A stretch of 64,000 nt of DNA, from contig OY730414.1 of NCBI GenBank assembly GCA_963422615.1, positions 1,472,302 to 1,536,301 of the forward strand. The letters run 5' to 3'. The notes beneath the pieces are model-generated. The model ran no database searches. It saw only the letters and a list, made by a program, of their open reading frames with translations, and was not told the origin of the DNA. Within the stretch, counting starts at the first letter, position 1; every line of letters starts with the position of its first letter. Shown here in pieces: positions 49,688 to 61,631 of the stretch. Source of the DNA: Longimicrobiales bacterium (GTDB taxonomy: Bacteria > Gemmatimonadota > Gemmatimonadetes > Longimicrobiales > Gaopeijiaceae). The position numbers and the translations under genes were made by a program.

Positions 49688-51271
49688 GTGAAGCGTAGGC
49701 TTGCCCTTTTTTTTCTGATCGGTTCCGCTCCGGGGTGCGCAGGAACCGTGCCGCGTTCGGAAGTCGAGCTGGGGGCGGAACAGCGGGTGGAAGAACCGGA
49801 CAGCCCGGGTTCTTTGCCGGAGGAAGCGGGTAGGCGCGCCGAGGCGCTCTTCCAGGCAGGGGAGATGGAAAGCGCGGCAAGGGAGTTTCTCGCCTTGCCC
49901 GCCGAAATGGTCACCGCCGCCGTGGTGGATCGGATGGGAGCCGCGGCTTCGCGGCTGGGTCGCCACGAAATCGCCGCCATCGCCGCCATGGCCGCCGACA
50001 ATACCGCAGACCCCCGTTTCGGCCCCGTCTTCGCCCAACGCGCGTTCAGCCTCGCCTTGTCCGGGAAACCGGAGGAAGCTCGGGAGTTTGCGATCCGGGC
50101 GAGAAACACGGGTGCCAAGGGCCGGGTGGGGCGGATCGCGGCTGCGGTGCTGGACGGCGATCTTTCGTCCGTCATGCTGGACTTTCCGGTCATCGGGGCG
50201 GTTCTCCCCGTATCCGGCTCCCCGTCGAACCGGGAGTACGCCCGCCGGTTCATGGAGGGGGCCGAGGTCGCCGCCCAGCTGGCCCGCCGGGCAGGCGTTC
50301 CCGTGGAGTGGGTCGTCGAAGACAATCGGGGGACCGTTTCCGGAACCGCCCGTGGGGTCTCGGCGCTTGTCGCGCGCGGGGCCGTTGCCATTCTGGGGCC
50401 CCTCGTGGACGAGAACGTATCCGCTGCGGCGCAGGTCAAGCCCCGGGAAGTCGCGCTGTTTTCCCCCACGGCCCGGAGGGTCCCGGTGGAGCAGGGTGGC
50501 GTGTACAGCTTGGGAGCCACGGATCCCGGCGCCGCAAGGACGCTGGCCGCAGTGGTGTCGGATCTCGGGTACGGCAACGCCGTGGTTGTTCATCCGGAAA
50601 CCCCGGGCGAAACCCTGGAGGCGGCGGCCTTCGAGGAGGCGTTTCAGGCTCTGGGGGGGAACGTCCGAAGACGGATTCCCTACGCCCCGGGCACCACCAC
50701 CTTCGAGGGTCCTCTGGTCAGTACGGGCTCCCTACTTCCCGAGCTTCTGGTCGTGGCGGCACCGGCTGCCGACCTGGAGTTGCTTGCGCCCCAGATTGCC
50801 TTTTTCGGCCTTGATACCCTGGGCATCCAGATCGCGGGTACCGCGGCGTGGACGGCCCCGTCCACGATCAGATCGGTGGCCCGCCGCCACACGGATCGGG
50901 TCATCGCCGTGAGCCCGGTTCCTACGGGTTCGGCAGAGGACCGGAGCGCCGAATTCGTCGAAGCCTACGAAAACCACTTTCTTCGGACTCTGGATAGTGC
51001 CGTGCCTGCCGCCGGGTTCGATCTCTTTCGCATGGCCTTGACCGCGTATGGGGAAGGCCTGCGTACGGCAGAAGAACTGGTTGACGTCCTTGAGGGATTC
51101 CGCCGGTTCGAGGGGGTCACGGGGCGTTACTCCGTTGCCGGGAGCCGTCTCGTGCGGGAATTCTTTCCGGTCAGGATCTTTGAAGGTACGCTCCTGCCGG
51201 TGGATGCCGAACTGCCGGAGCTTTCTCCGTCGATCCGGAGTGGTGGCCGCTTCCCGCCGGGCGTTTCCTGA
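49688..51271 (+). CDS. Periplasmic-binding-protein type I fold lipoprotein (LpoA/LppC-like)
   Basis: Short signal ending in PGC, helical N-domain, [21 protein letters not shown]. Confidence 0.7.
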   Translation: MKRRLALFFLIGSAPGCAGTVPRSEVELGAEQRVEEPDSPGSLPEEAGRRAEALFQAGEMESAAREFLALPAEMVTAAVVDRMGAAASRLGRHEIAAIAAMAADNTADPRFGPVFAQRAFSLALSGKPEEAREFAIRARNTGAKGRVGRIAAAVLDGDLSSVMLDFPVIGAVLPVSGSPSNREYARRFMEGAEVAAQLARRAGVPVEWVVEDNRGTVSGTARGVSALVARGAVAILGPLVDENVSAAAQVKPREVALFSPTARRVPVEQGGVYSLGATDPGAARTLAAVVSDLGYGNAVVVHPETPGETLEAAAFEEAFQALGGNVRRRIPYAPGTTTFEGPLVSTGSLLPELLVVAAPAADLELLAPQIAFFGLDTLGIQIAGTAAWTAPSTIRSVARRHTDRVIAVSPVPTGSAEDRSAEFVEAYENHFLRTLDSAVPAAGFDLFRMALTAYGEGLRTAEELVDVLEGFRRFEGVTGRYSVAGSRLVREFFPVRIFEGTLLPVDAELPELSPSIRSGGRFPPGVS

Positions 51272-51299
51272 TGCCTATCGCCTGCTGCGGACGCCTCCG

Positions 51300-52850
<1,551 letters not shown>

Positions 52851-52998
52851 GGCCCTTGCGCGGGGGACACCGACTGACCCCGCCACTTCCCAGACGGCAA
52901 CCCCTGTGCGGCCATCCGGCGTCCCAATCTCCGGGAAGCTTGGCCTGCGGGCTCGCCGGGGGCCGTCGAACATTTCGGGGAGAGGGAGGATGTCTACG

Positions 52999-53904
52999 AT
53001 GAGGAAGTTGAGGAATCGGCAGCGGTGGGTGGGGTTGGTGATGGGGGTCGTTGCGGGGGTGATCGGCGCCCCGTCTTTCGCCGCGGCTCAGCAGCAGGTG
53101 GAATGCGACTGCCCCTCCTTTCGGTTCAACGAGTTTCCAGGCATTGCCGTTGATGCCCGGCCGAAGCTAGGGATTATACTGGAGGCGACGTGGGACCGGG
53201 ACCTTGAAGATTGGGGTGCTCGGGTGATCAGGGTCTGGGAGGGCGGACCGGCCGCGGAGGCCGGAATCGAAGCGGGCGATGTTGTTGTCTCCGTTGACGG
53301 CCACGACCTTGCCAAAGCGCTGGAAGACCAGGTTGAGAGCGGCTTCCGGGAAGGCGAGTCGCTCCCGACGCAGCGCATGATCGCCCTGTCCAGGGAGCTG
53401 GAGGAAGGGGATCCCATTGAAGTGGTGGTGGACCGCGAAGGCGAAAGGCTTTCCCTTACGGTGACACCCGAGGTGCTGGACGAGGGAGGCTACTACCGCC
53501 CCGATCCTGCCTTCACCGTTCGCCTACGCAGCTTGGGCGATCGACTCCGGGAGTTGACGCACGGGATGGACGATCGGGTTGCGAGGTGGGAAGCGGACCT
53601 GACGCTTGGGAACGGCTGGATCCACCATTTCGGGAGCGGCCGGATCTTCGGTCTCGATCTTGTCGATCTTAACCCTGGCCTGGGCGCCTACTTCGGGACC
53701 TACAGGGGAGTCTTGGTGGCAGATGTGGCAGAAGACTCCGGCTTGGGCCTTCGCCCCGGTGACGTGGTGGTCGGCGTGGAGGGCCGTGAAGTAGAGGACG
53801 CCGAGGAGTTGCGGCGAATCCTTCGTTCGTACGAAGAGGGAGATGAGATGGACTTCAGGATATGGCGCGATGGGGCGGAAACCACCGTAACCGGTTCCCT
53901 CTAG
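52999..53904 (+). CDS. Secreted double-PDZ-domain protein
   Basis: Signal peptide; GGPAAEAGIEAGDVVVSVDG and GLRPGDVVVGVEG PDZ motifs; no protease domain; SD GGGAGG. Confidence 0.82.
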   Translation: MRKLRNRQRWVGLVMGVVAGVIGAPSFAAAQQQVECDCPSFRFNEFPGIAVDARPKLGIILEATWDRDLEDWGARVIRVWEGGPAAEAGIEAGDVVVSVDGHDLAKALEDQVESGFREGESLPTQRMIALSRELEEGDPIEVVVDREGERLSLTVTPEVLDEGGYYRPDPAFTVRLRSLGDRLRELTHGMDDRVARWEADLTLGNGWIHHFGSGRIFGLDLVDLNPGLGAYFGTYRGVLVADVAEDSGLGLRPGDVVVGVEGREVEDAEELRRILRSYEEGDEMDFRIWRDGAETTVTGSL

Positions 53905-53937
53905 CATCCACCAGAAGCTTCCCGGAGGCACCCTGCG

Positions 53938-55425
53938 TTGATTGAGTCGGTACTGGTGGCCAACCGGGGCGAAATCGCGGTTCGGGTGATTCGGGGGGCG
54001 CGGGAGTTGGGGATCCGCACGATCGCCGTGTTTTCCGACGCGGATCGGTCGGCGCCGCACGTGTTGCAGGCCGACGAGGCGTATCCCATCGGGCCTTCCG
54101 CGGCCTCGGAGAGCTACCTTGCCATCGACAAGCTCGTTTCGGTGGCGCGAAAGGCGGGGGCTCGGGCCATCCACCCGGGGTACGGGTTCCTCGCCGAGCG
54201 GGGGGACTTCGCCGAAGCCGTCGCCCAGGCCGGGATGGTCTTCGTGGGCCCCCCGGTTTCGGCGATCCGGGCCATGGGCGACAAGACGGAGGCCCGTCGA
54301 CGCATGGATCAAGCAGGTGTGCCCGTCGTTCCCGGCATCCGGACTCCCCTGACTTCGGCCCGGGATGCTCGACGAGCGGCGGAGTCCTTGGGTCTGCCCG
54401 TCGTTCTGAAGGCTTCGGCCGGCGGGGGAGGAAAGGGGATGCGCGTCGTCCGGAGGGCTGCGGAGGTCGGGGGAGCGTTCGAGGCCGCGGTGCGGGAAGC
54501 CGAGTCGGCCTTCGGAGACGGGAGCGTGTACGCAGAACGTTTTCTGGAGCGGCCCCGGCACGTGGAGATCCAGCTGTTCGGGGATGTTCACGGCAACATC
54601 GTGCACCTCTTCGAACGGGAGTGTTCCATTCAGAGACGACACCAGAAACTGATCGAGGAAGCGCCTTCCGCACTCCTCTGCCCCGAAGAACGGGCGCGCA
54701 TGGGAGAGACGGCCGTCCGGGCGGCTCGGGCCATCGATTACACGGGAGCCGGCACCGTCGAGTTCCTCTACCAGGACGGGGAGTGCTTCTTCCTGGAAAT
54801 GAACACCCGTCTTCAGGTTGAGCACCCGGTCACCGAAATGGTCACGGGTATCGATTTGGTGGAGTGGCAGTTCCGGGTCGCTTCAGGGGAACCGCTTCCC
54901 CTTCGGCAGGAGGAGATCCCCCTTCGGGGCCACGCGGTCGAATGCCGCATCACGGCCGAGTCTCCTTTTGACGGTTTTCTGCCGGCGACCGGGGTTGTCG
55001 GGGCGCTGGAGCTTCCGGGGGGTCCCGGCGTCCGCTGGGATGGCGGGATCGCCCAGGGGACGAAGATAGGCCTCCACTACGATCCCCTTCTGGGCAAGTT
55101 GGTGACCCACGGCCAGGACCGCGAAACGGCGATTCGGCGCATGCGGCGGGCCCTGGAAGAGTTGCGCATCGGGGGACTCTCTTCAAGCGCTTCCCTGTTG
55201 ATTCGGATCATGGATGAGCCCGACTTTCTGGCCGGTCGCCTTTCGACTGGATATTTGAAAGACCACCCGGGCCTCTTCGACGACAAACGGTCGGACGAGA
55301 CCCAGGTTGCCCTGGTCACCGCGGCGGCCCTCCTGGAGCACGGAAGACGGAAGACGCGGGCCGCTCCCCGCATCCGCCCGGGACGATCTCGCTTCCCGGA
55401 CTGGCGGCGCCGCTTCGTATCGTGA
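53938..55425 (+). CDS. accC: Biotin carboxylase subunit of acetyl/propionyl-CoA carboxylase
   Basis: VLVANRGEIA, HPGYGFLAE, GGGGKGMR, ERECSIQRRHQK, EMNTRLQVEHPVTE. Confidence 0.94.
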   Translation: MIESVLVANRGEIAVRVIRGARELGIRTIAVFSDADRSAPHVLQADEAYPIGPSAASESYLAIDKLVSVARKAGARAIHPGYGFLAERGDFAEAVAQAGMVFVGPPVSAIRAMGDKTEARRRMDQAGVPVVPGIRTPLTSARDARRAAESLGLPVVLKASAGGGGKGMRVVRRAAEVGGAFEAAVREAESAFGDGSVYAERFLERPRHVEIQLFGDVHGNIVHLFERECSIQRRHQKLIEEAPSALLCPEERARMGETAVRAARAIDYTGAGTVEFLYQDGECFFLEMNTRLQVEHPVTEMVTGIDLVEWQFRVASGEPLPLRQEEIPLRGHAVECRITAESPFDGFLPATGVVGALELPGGPGVRWDGGIAQGTKIGLHYDPLLGKLVTHGQDRETAIRRMRRALEELRIGGLSSSASLLIRIMDEPDFLAGRLSTGYLKDHPGLFDDKRSDETQVALVTAAALLEHGRRKTRAAPRIRPGRSRFPDWRRRFVS

Positions 55426-55958
55426 CGGAGTCGCCACGCCGGGAGACGCGCTATGTGGTCTCTTTGTCGGGGAAGGAATACGAGGTTGTGATCCACGACG
55501 ACAACGGGGTTACCGTAGCGGGTCGCCCCTACAGCGCCTCCCTGGCCCCTGCCGGAACGGAGACGTTTTCCCTTCTCCTGAACGGGGCTTCCCGCGCCCT
55601 CCTGGCTCGCTCCGTCGGACGGGGCGTCTGGGAGGTAGGGCTGGATGGCTGCACCGTGATCGTGGAGGTTATGGACGAACGGGCGGCGAAGGTCAGGGAG
55701 CAGAAGACGGCGGTGGCCGGTGCCAGGGCCTCCGTAGCGCCTTTACGGGCGCCCATGCCGGGTCTGGTCGTTCAGGTGGGCGTGGAGGAAGGCAGCGTCG
55801 TTGGGCCGGGCGCTAGGATGGTCATCATCGAGGCCATGAAAATGGAGAACGAGTTGCGGGCAACGGTTGCCGCTCGAGTGGATAAGGTTCGGGTAGCTCC
55901 CGGGGACGCCGTGGAGAAGGACCAGGTTCTCGTCGAATTTGCCGAGGTGGCGGCGTGA
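55422..55958 (+). CDS. Biotin carboxyl carrier protein
   Basis: APMPG and EAMKMENE biotinylation motif; GTGA overlaps on both sides. Confidence 0.93.
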   Translation: MTESPRRETRYVVSLSGKEYEVVIHDDNGVTVAGRPYSASLAPAGTETFSLLLNGASRALLARSVGRGVWEVGLDGCTVIVEVMDERAAKVREQKTAVAGARASVAPLRAPMPGLVVQVGVEEGSVVGPGARMVIIEAMKMENELRATVAARVDKVRVAPGDAVEKDQVLVEFAEVAA

Positions 55959-57502
55959 CCGAGGGGCCCCGGGAGGGCACTTTCAAGGCCCTGCCCGGTG
56001 GATTTCGGCTCAAGAAAGACTTGGGTGAACCGGGGGAGTTTCCCTTTACGCGGGGAATCCACCGGACCATGTACCGAGGGCGCCGCTGGACAATGCGCCA
56101 GTATGCCGGTTTCGGGACAGCGGAGGAGACCAACCGCCGCTACCACTTTCTGTTGAGGAAAGGAACCACGGGCCTGTCCGTCGCTTTCGACCTCCCCACC
56201 CAAATGGGGTTCGACTCCGATGCGCCCATGGCGAAAGGGGAAGTCGGACGCGTGGGGGTCGCCATCGATTCTATCGAAGACGCGCGCACCCTCTTTCGGG
56301 GCATCGACCTGGGCCGGATCTCCTGCTCCATGACCATCAACGCCACCGCCCCCGTCCTCCTGGCCCTCTACATCGCGGTCGCCGACGAACAGGGCGTGGA
56401 GAGGCAACAGCTCAGGGGTACGGTCCAGAACGACATCCTGAAGGAGTACGTTGCCCGGGGTACGTACATCTACCCCGTGGAGCCCTCCCTGCGGCTGGTG
56501 AGCGATCTCGTCGCCTTCTGTGCTAAGGAGTTGCCGCGCTGGAACCCGATTTCCGTCTCCGGTTACCACATTCGCGAGGCCGGCTCCACCGCCGCACAAG
56601 AGGTTGCCTTCACCCTTTGCAACGGCCTGGAGTACGTCCAGCGGGCCCTTGCCGCCGGGGTTGATCTGGAGGACTTCGCCCCCAGGATTTCCTTTTTCTT
56701 TGCGGCTCACAACGACTTGTTCGAAGAAGTGGCCAAGTTTCGGGCGGCCCGGCGTATTTGGGCTCGCCTCATGCGGGGGCGTTTCTCCGCTTCCGACCGC
56801 TCTTGCCGCCTTCGCTTTCACACCCAGACCGGCGGTTCCACCCTGACGGCACAACAACCCTTGAACAACGTGGTTCGGGTCACGGTGCAGGCCTTGGCGG
56901 GCGTTCTCGGCGGCACTCAGTCCCTCCACACCAACGGCTATGACGAAGCCCTCGCGCTTCCCTCCGCCCAGGCGGCGGCCCTGGCCCTTCGGACCCAGCA
57001 GATCCTGGCGGAAGAGTCGGGCGTCACCGCGTGGGCCGATCCCTTGGGGGGCAGCTTCCTCGTTGAACATCTGACCCACCGGCTGGAAGCCAGGGCGCGA
57101 ATCCACATGGAACGAATTCGGGAGCTGGGAGGGGCATCCGGGGCGATCACCTTCATGCAGGACGAGATCCAGAAGGCGGCCTACCGATATCAGCTTGAAG
57201 TGGAGTCGGGGGAGCGAGGGGTGGTCGGCGTGAATCGGTACGAAATGGAAGAAGACCACGCGTTGTCTTTGGGACCCGACTACCTTGAGTTGGAAGCCCG
57301 CCAAATCGCCGCCCTGGTCCAGTTCCGGGAGACGCGAGATGACGCGTCGGTGAGGACCCATCTGAACCGGGTTCGGAACGTGGCCCTGGGGGATGCGAAC
57401 CTGCTCCCGACCCTGATCGAAGCCGTCAAGGGGCGGGTGACCCTGGGGGAGATCAGTGAGGCGCTCCGGAGCGCGTGGGGAACCTATGGAGCGTCCGCCT
57501 GA
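55955..57502 (+). CDS. Methylmalonyl-CoA mutase, catalytic subunit (no B12-binding domain)
   Basis: [49 protein letters not shown]; ends without DxHxxG. Confidence 0.93.
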   Translation: MTEGPREGTFKALPGGFRLKKDLGEPGEFPFTRGIHRTMYRGRRWTMRQYAGFGTAEETNRRYHFLLRKGTTGLSVAFDLPTQMGFDSDAPMAKGEVGRVGVAIDSIEDARTLFRGIDLGRISCSMTINATAPVLLALYIAVADEQGVERQQLRGTVQNDILKEYVARGTYIYPVEPSLRLVSDLVAFCAKELPRWNPISVSGYHIREAGSTAAQEVAFTLCNGLEYVQRALAAGVDLEDFAPRISFFFAAHNDLFEEVAKFRAARRIWARLMRGRFSASDRSCRLRFHTQTGGSTLTAQQPLNNVVRVTVQALAGVLGGTQSLHTNGYDEALALPSAQAAALALRTQQILAEESGVTAWADPLGGSFLVEHLTHRLEARARIHMERIRELGGASGAITFMQDEIQKAAYRYQLEVESGERGVVGVNRYEMEEDHALSLGPDYLELEARQIAALVQFRETRDDASVRTHLNRVRNVALGDANLLPTLIEAVKGRVTLGEISEALRSAWGTYGASA

Positions 57503-57728
57503 CCGTTGTCAACCCCGTGTCGGCGTTTTCGCCGAATCAGGGATTGCGCCGCCCACCTCCGCTCCCAGGAGGATCTGAATCCATGCACACCAGGATAGAA
57601 GAAACGAGATTTCTGCTTCACCTAACGCTTGTTGGCGCAAATACATCCCTGGCACAGCCACCATTTGTGCAGGACCAGGAATCTTCATTATTGATGACAA
57701 GCCACTGAGTATCGAACCTCTTTTCGAT

Positions 57729-57938
57729 GTGATCGAATCTTCGGTTGCACGTGAATTCAATGGATGGAACGGTGACACGATCGTCAGATGGGATAATGGA
57801 CAGATCTGGGAACAAATCCAGTACAAGTATGCGTACACATACAAGTATCGCCCGAAGGTCATTGTGTATCGATCAGGCAACGCGTTGCACATGCAGATCG
57901 AAGGCATGGATCCGATGGTTGTCCAGCGACTCAAGTAA
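57729..57938 (+). CDS. Small hypothetical beta-rich domain in a lower-GC islet (possibly the 3' part of a frameshifted gene)
   Basis: IESSVAREFNGWNGDTIVRWDNGQIWEQ...YRPKV; reading frame stays open upstream to about 57579 without a start codon. Confidence 0.55.
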   Translation: MIESSVAREFNGWNGDTIVRWDNGQIWEQIQYKYAYTYKYRPKVIVYRSGNALHMQIEGMDPMVVQRLK

Positions 57939-57986
57939 GAAAGACGCAATCGACGGAAACTCCCCTGACTTGGCGGTGGAAGCGGC

Positions 57987-58520
57987 ATGACCCACGTTGG
58001 CGCAGTTCCGTTCACCCTCAAGCGCAGTTCCGACGTCTGGCGGGCCGAGGGCTACACGGCGAAGACGGAAACCGCCCACGGCTTGGCCAGACTGGAAGCG
58101 GATCGCTTGGTCATCCAGTGGCGGACTCGCACGGAGACCGAGTCTTTTTACGCAACATCCTACGGTACAAAAGAGGAGATCCATCCCGTCAAGGAAATCT
58201 CGATTCCGCTGACCCATGTGGCGAGTGCTTCGGTGCCGCGCCGTTGGTGGAGTTTTCTGACCGGGCCGCGGCTGGAGATTACCGCATCGGACCTCCTGGC
58301 CTTCGAGGAGATTGCCGGCGGGCAGGGACTCAGGCTGAAGCATCCCGCCAAGCTGGCATTGCGCATCAAGCGCGCCGACCGCTTGGTCGCCGAGGAGTTT
58401 GCTGCGGAGCTCATCCTTGCAGTAGCCAGGCTGCCGGACGGGAAGGGAGATTCGCGGCGGGTCGCCTTGGGGACGGGTGGGCCACCCGGTGGAAACGCGC
58501 CCGACTTGCTTGTTGGTTGA
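57987..58520 (+). CDS. Hypothetical protein (PH-like beta fold suspected)
   Basis: ATG after GGAAG; coding-like codon usage; HGLARLEADRLVIQW...EISIPL. Confidence 0.65.
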   Translation: MTHVGAVPFTLKRSSDVWRAEGYTAKTETAHGLARLEADRLVIQWRTRTETESFYATSYGTKEEIHPVKEISIPLTHVASASVPRRWWSFLTGPRLEITASDLLAFEEIAGGQGLRLKHPAKLALRIKRADRLVAEEFAAELILAVARLPDGKGDSRRVALGTGGPPGGNAPDLLVG

Positions 58521-58790
58521 GCGGAGGTTGGGCGGGCAGCCTCCGTCCGGGAGAAACAACCGGGCTACCGGCTGGGAAAACGCCGCAGGAGTACCGCTTT
58601 TTTCGCCAGGCGTACGGTTCGGATGGGTCCGAAGTAGGTCCCGGCGCCTCCCTTGCCCCTTCCGCAATCACTATGAAGTGGGGCAAATTGTCCCGATCCG
58701 GTGTTCACGTAGACCTCATGTTCAATACGTTCGATCTTGGGACAGGGGCCTTCGGACCGGTGGTTTCCCTCAAGCGCGGAGTGGCTTGAC

Positions 58791-60077
58791 GTGCCCGCAT
58801 ATCAGTATGCTTCCGTCCCGCCTAGCGGCGAAAAGATTACCGGTCGGGGAATGCAGCTCTCCATTCCCGATCGGCCGATCATTCCCTTTATCGAAGGAGA
58901 CGGAATCGGTCCGGACATTTGGGCTGCGACCCGTCGGGTGGTGGATTCGGCGGTGGCGAAGGCGTACCAAGACGACCGCTCGATCGCCTGGATGGAAGTG
59001 TACGCGGGCGAAAAGGCGAACCGGCTCGCCGGAGCGTGGCTTCCCCAGGAAACTCTGGAGGCCCTCGCCGAGTTTCGGGTGGCCATCAAGGGCCCCCTCA
59101 CCACCCCGGTGGGCAGGGGGATCCGCTCCCTGAATGTGATGATCCGGCAGCTCCTTGATCTGTATTCCTGCGTCCGGCCCGTACGTTGGATCCCGGGCGT
59201 ACCGTCTCCCGTTCGGAACCCTCACGACGTTGACATCGTGATCTTCCGGGAGAACACCGAAGATGTTTACGCCGGCCTCGAATGGGCCTCGGGCACGGCG
59301 GAAGCGGACCGCCTCCGCGCCTTCCTGCGGGATCGGATGGGGGCCGAGGTCAGGGAGGGGAGCGGCATCGGGATCAAACCCATCAGTCCTTTCGGCACCA
59401 AGCGCCATGTGGGGGCGGCGATTCGGTACGCCCTGGACCGCGGGAGAGAGTCGGTGACCCTGGTGCACAAGGGGAACATCATGAAGTTCACAGAAGGAGC
59501 CTTCAGGGACTGGGGGTACGAAGTGGCCCGGGAGCGTTTTCCCGATTCGACGATTTCCGAGTCCCGGCTTTGGGGCGGAGAGGAAGCGGGAGGCCGGGTG
59601 GTCATCAAGGATCGGATCGCCGATGCCATGTTCCAGCAGGTGCTATTGCGTCCCAGGGAGTATTCCGTGATCGCCACCCCCAACCTGAACGGGGACTACC
59701 TCTCCGATGCTTGCGCGGCCCAGGTCGGGGGGCTGGGGATGGCCCCGGGTGGCAACATCGGCGATTCGGTGGCCCTCTTCGAAGCCACCCACGGGACCGC
59801 GCCCAAGTACGCAGGCCAGGACAAAGTGAACCCCGGGTCCCTCATCCTTTCTGCGGTCATGATGCTGGAGCACATGGGCTGGAACGAAGCCGCGCGGGCC
59901 ATTGACAGGGGACTTGTAGGGGCGGTCGCTGCCCGGACCGTGACGTACGACCTGGAGCGGCAAATGGAAGATGCAACCCGAGTGTCCACCTCCGGCTTCA
60001 GCGAGGCCGTCGTCTCTTGCATGGACGATGCCCTTGCCGCCGATCAGCCCGTTGCGCCCTCCCGCACCGGCGCCTAG
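58791..60077 (+). CDS. icd: Isocitrate dehydrogenase (NADP, E. coli type)
   Basis: [71 protein letters not shown] start. Confidence 0.96.
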   Translation: MPAYQYASVPPSGEKITGRGMQLSIPDRPIIPFIEGDGIGPDIWAATRRVVDSAVAKAYQDDRSIAWMEVYAGEKANRLAGAWLPQETLEALAEFRVAIKGPLTTPVGRGIRSLNVMIRQLLDLYSCVRPVRWIPGVPSPVRNPHDVDIVIFRENTEDVYAGLEWASGTAEADRLRAFLRDRMGAEVREGSGIGIKPISPFGTKRHVGAAIRYALDRGRESVTLVHKGNIMKFTEGAFRDWGYEVARERFPDSTISESRLWGGEEAGGRVVIKDRIADAMFQQVLLRPREYSVIATPNLNGDYLSDACAAQVGGLGMAPGGNIGDSVALFEATHGTAPKYAGQDKVNPGSLILSAVMMLEHMGWNEAARAIDRGLVGAVAARTVTYDLERQMEDATRVSTSGFSEAVVSCMDDALAADQPVAPSRTGA

Positions 60078-60090
60078 CGGGAGCCCGAAC

Positions 60091-61599
60091 GTGCGCGTCG
60101 AAGCCTGGGCGAAGGCCCCGGACGCGGTCCGGACCCCGCTGTTGGTGGTCCCGGTTACCCGGGGGATGGACGTCTCGAAGCATCCCGTGGTCGACGGGTT
60201 GGACCGCCTTGCCGGGGGGGTCTTGGCCCGTGCGGTGGCCGCCGGGGACTTCCAGGGAAATGAAGGCGACCGAGTGATGGGCTATGGCAGCCGGGCTTGG
60301 GGGCCCGCGCGGGTGCTCTTCTTGGGCATCGGAGGCCGGGACGCCCTGGGGGCCGGTACGTTCCGGGAGGCTGGGGGGAAGGCCGTTCGGGCCGCGGAGA
60401 AGTATCGGCTCCAGTCCCTGGGGTTCTGTCTTGCGCATCTGGACGGTGGGGAGCCGGGGAGATGGGCTCAGGCCGCGGCCGAAGGGCTCGTTCTCGCCTC
60501 CTGGTGCTTTGATGAGCTCAAGTCGGCTCTCGGAGGCGACGGCGGCGAACCCCCGGAGCCGCCGGTGGAAGTCGCCATCATCGTGGTCGGCGATTCTCCG
60601 GAGGGGGCCGGGGGGGTTCGGATCGGTGCTGCTTTCGCAGCCGGGGAGAACCGCGCGCGCACGCTTCAGGCCCGGCCCGGAAACGTGGCCACGCCCTCCC
60701 ACCTCGCCCGGGAGGCGGTCAGGATCGCGGACGAAGCCGGGCTCGCGTGGGAGGTTTTGGGACCGTCGGAAATGGAGGCCGAAAGGATGGGCGCGCTGCT
60801 TTCGGTCGCCCGAGGATCGGACGAAGAGCCCCGCCTCATCATCCTTCGCCACGATGGGGGCGGGGTCGGCTCCCCGCCTCTCGTGTTGGTGGGGAAGGGT
60901 CTTACGTTCGACGCGGGGGGGATCTCGATCAAGCCGGCCAAGGGCATGGAGGAGATGAAGTACGACATGTCCGGCGGGGCCGCCGTTCTGGGCGCCATGC
61001 TGGCCATCGGCCGTCTCAAGCTTCCTGTGAACGTGATCGGCATTGTGCCCAGTACGGAGAATCTCCTCAACGGCTCCGCCACCAAGCCCGGCGATGTCGT
61101 CCGGAGCCGGGCGGGCAAGACCATAGAGGTGGTCAACACCGATGCGGAGGGCCGCCTGATTCTAGCCGACGCCCTTGATTACGCCTCCCGCTGGGATCCG
61201 GCTGCGATCGTTGACTGCGCAACCCTGACGGGGGCGTGTGTCGTGGCCTTGGGGCATCATCACTCGGCGGTGCTGGGGACCGAACCCGAGCTCGTTGCGG
61301 AGCTACGGTCCGCCGGTTCCATGGCGGGGCAGCCCTGTTGGCCCCTCCCCTTGGGCCGGGAGTATCGGGCACAACTCGAAAGCGACTGCGCCGATCTCAA
61401 GAATATCGGTGGGCGGGCTGCTGGCACGATTACGGCCGCCTGCTTCCTCTCCGAGTTCTTGGGAGACGTGCCGTGGGCGCACCTGGACATCGCAGGAACG
61501 GCGTACGGGAAGACGAAGAAGTCCTACCTGAGAGACGGCCCCTTGGGCAATCCCTGCCGGCTTCTACTGGAGTGGGTACGAATGCGGGCGGACACCTGA
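60091..61599 (+). CDS. pepA: Leucyl aminopeptidase (M17)
   Basis: VGKGLTFDAGG, MKYDMSG, NTDAEGRL, ATLTGA, HLDIAG; GTG start at 60091. Confidence 0.95.
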   Translation: MRVEAWAKAPDAVRTPLLVVPVTRGMDVSKHPVVDGLDRLAGGVLARAVAAGDFQGNEGDRVMGYGSRAWGPARVLFLGIGGRDALGAGTFREAGGKAVRAAEKYRLQSLGFCLAHLDGGEPGRWAQAAAEGLVLASWCFDELKSALGGDGGEPPEPPVEVAIIVVGDSPEGAGGVRIGAAFAAGENRARTLQARPGNVATPSHLAREAVRIADEAGLAWEVLGPSEMEAERMGALLSVARGSDEEPRLIILRHDGGGVGSPPLVLVGKGLTFDAGGISIKPAKGMEEMKYDMSGGAAVLGAMLAIGRLKLPVNVIGIVPSTENLLNGSATKPGDVVRSRAGKTIEVVNTDAEGRLILADALDYASRWDPAAIVDCATLTGACVVALGHHHSAVLGTEPELVAELRSAGSMAGQPCWPLPLGREYRAQLESDCADLKNIGGRAAGTITAACFLSEFLGDVPWAHLDIAGTAYGKTKKSYLRDGPLGNPCRLLLEWVRMRADT

Positions 61600-61631
61600 G
61601 GGGCGGGAAGGCCCGGCGGGGAAAGCCGGCG

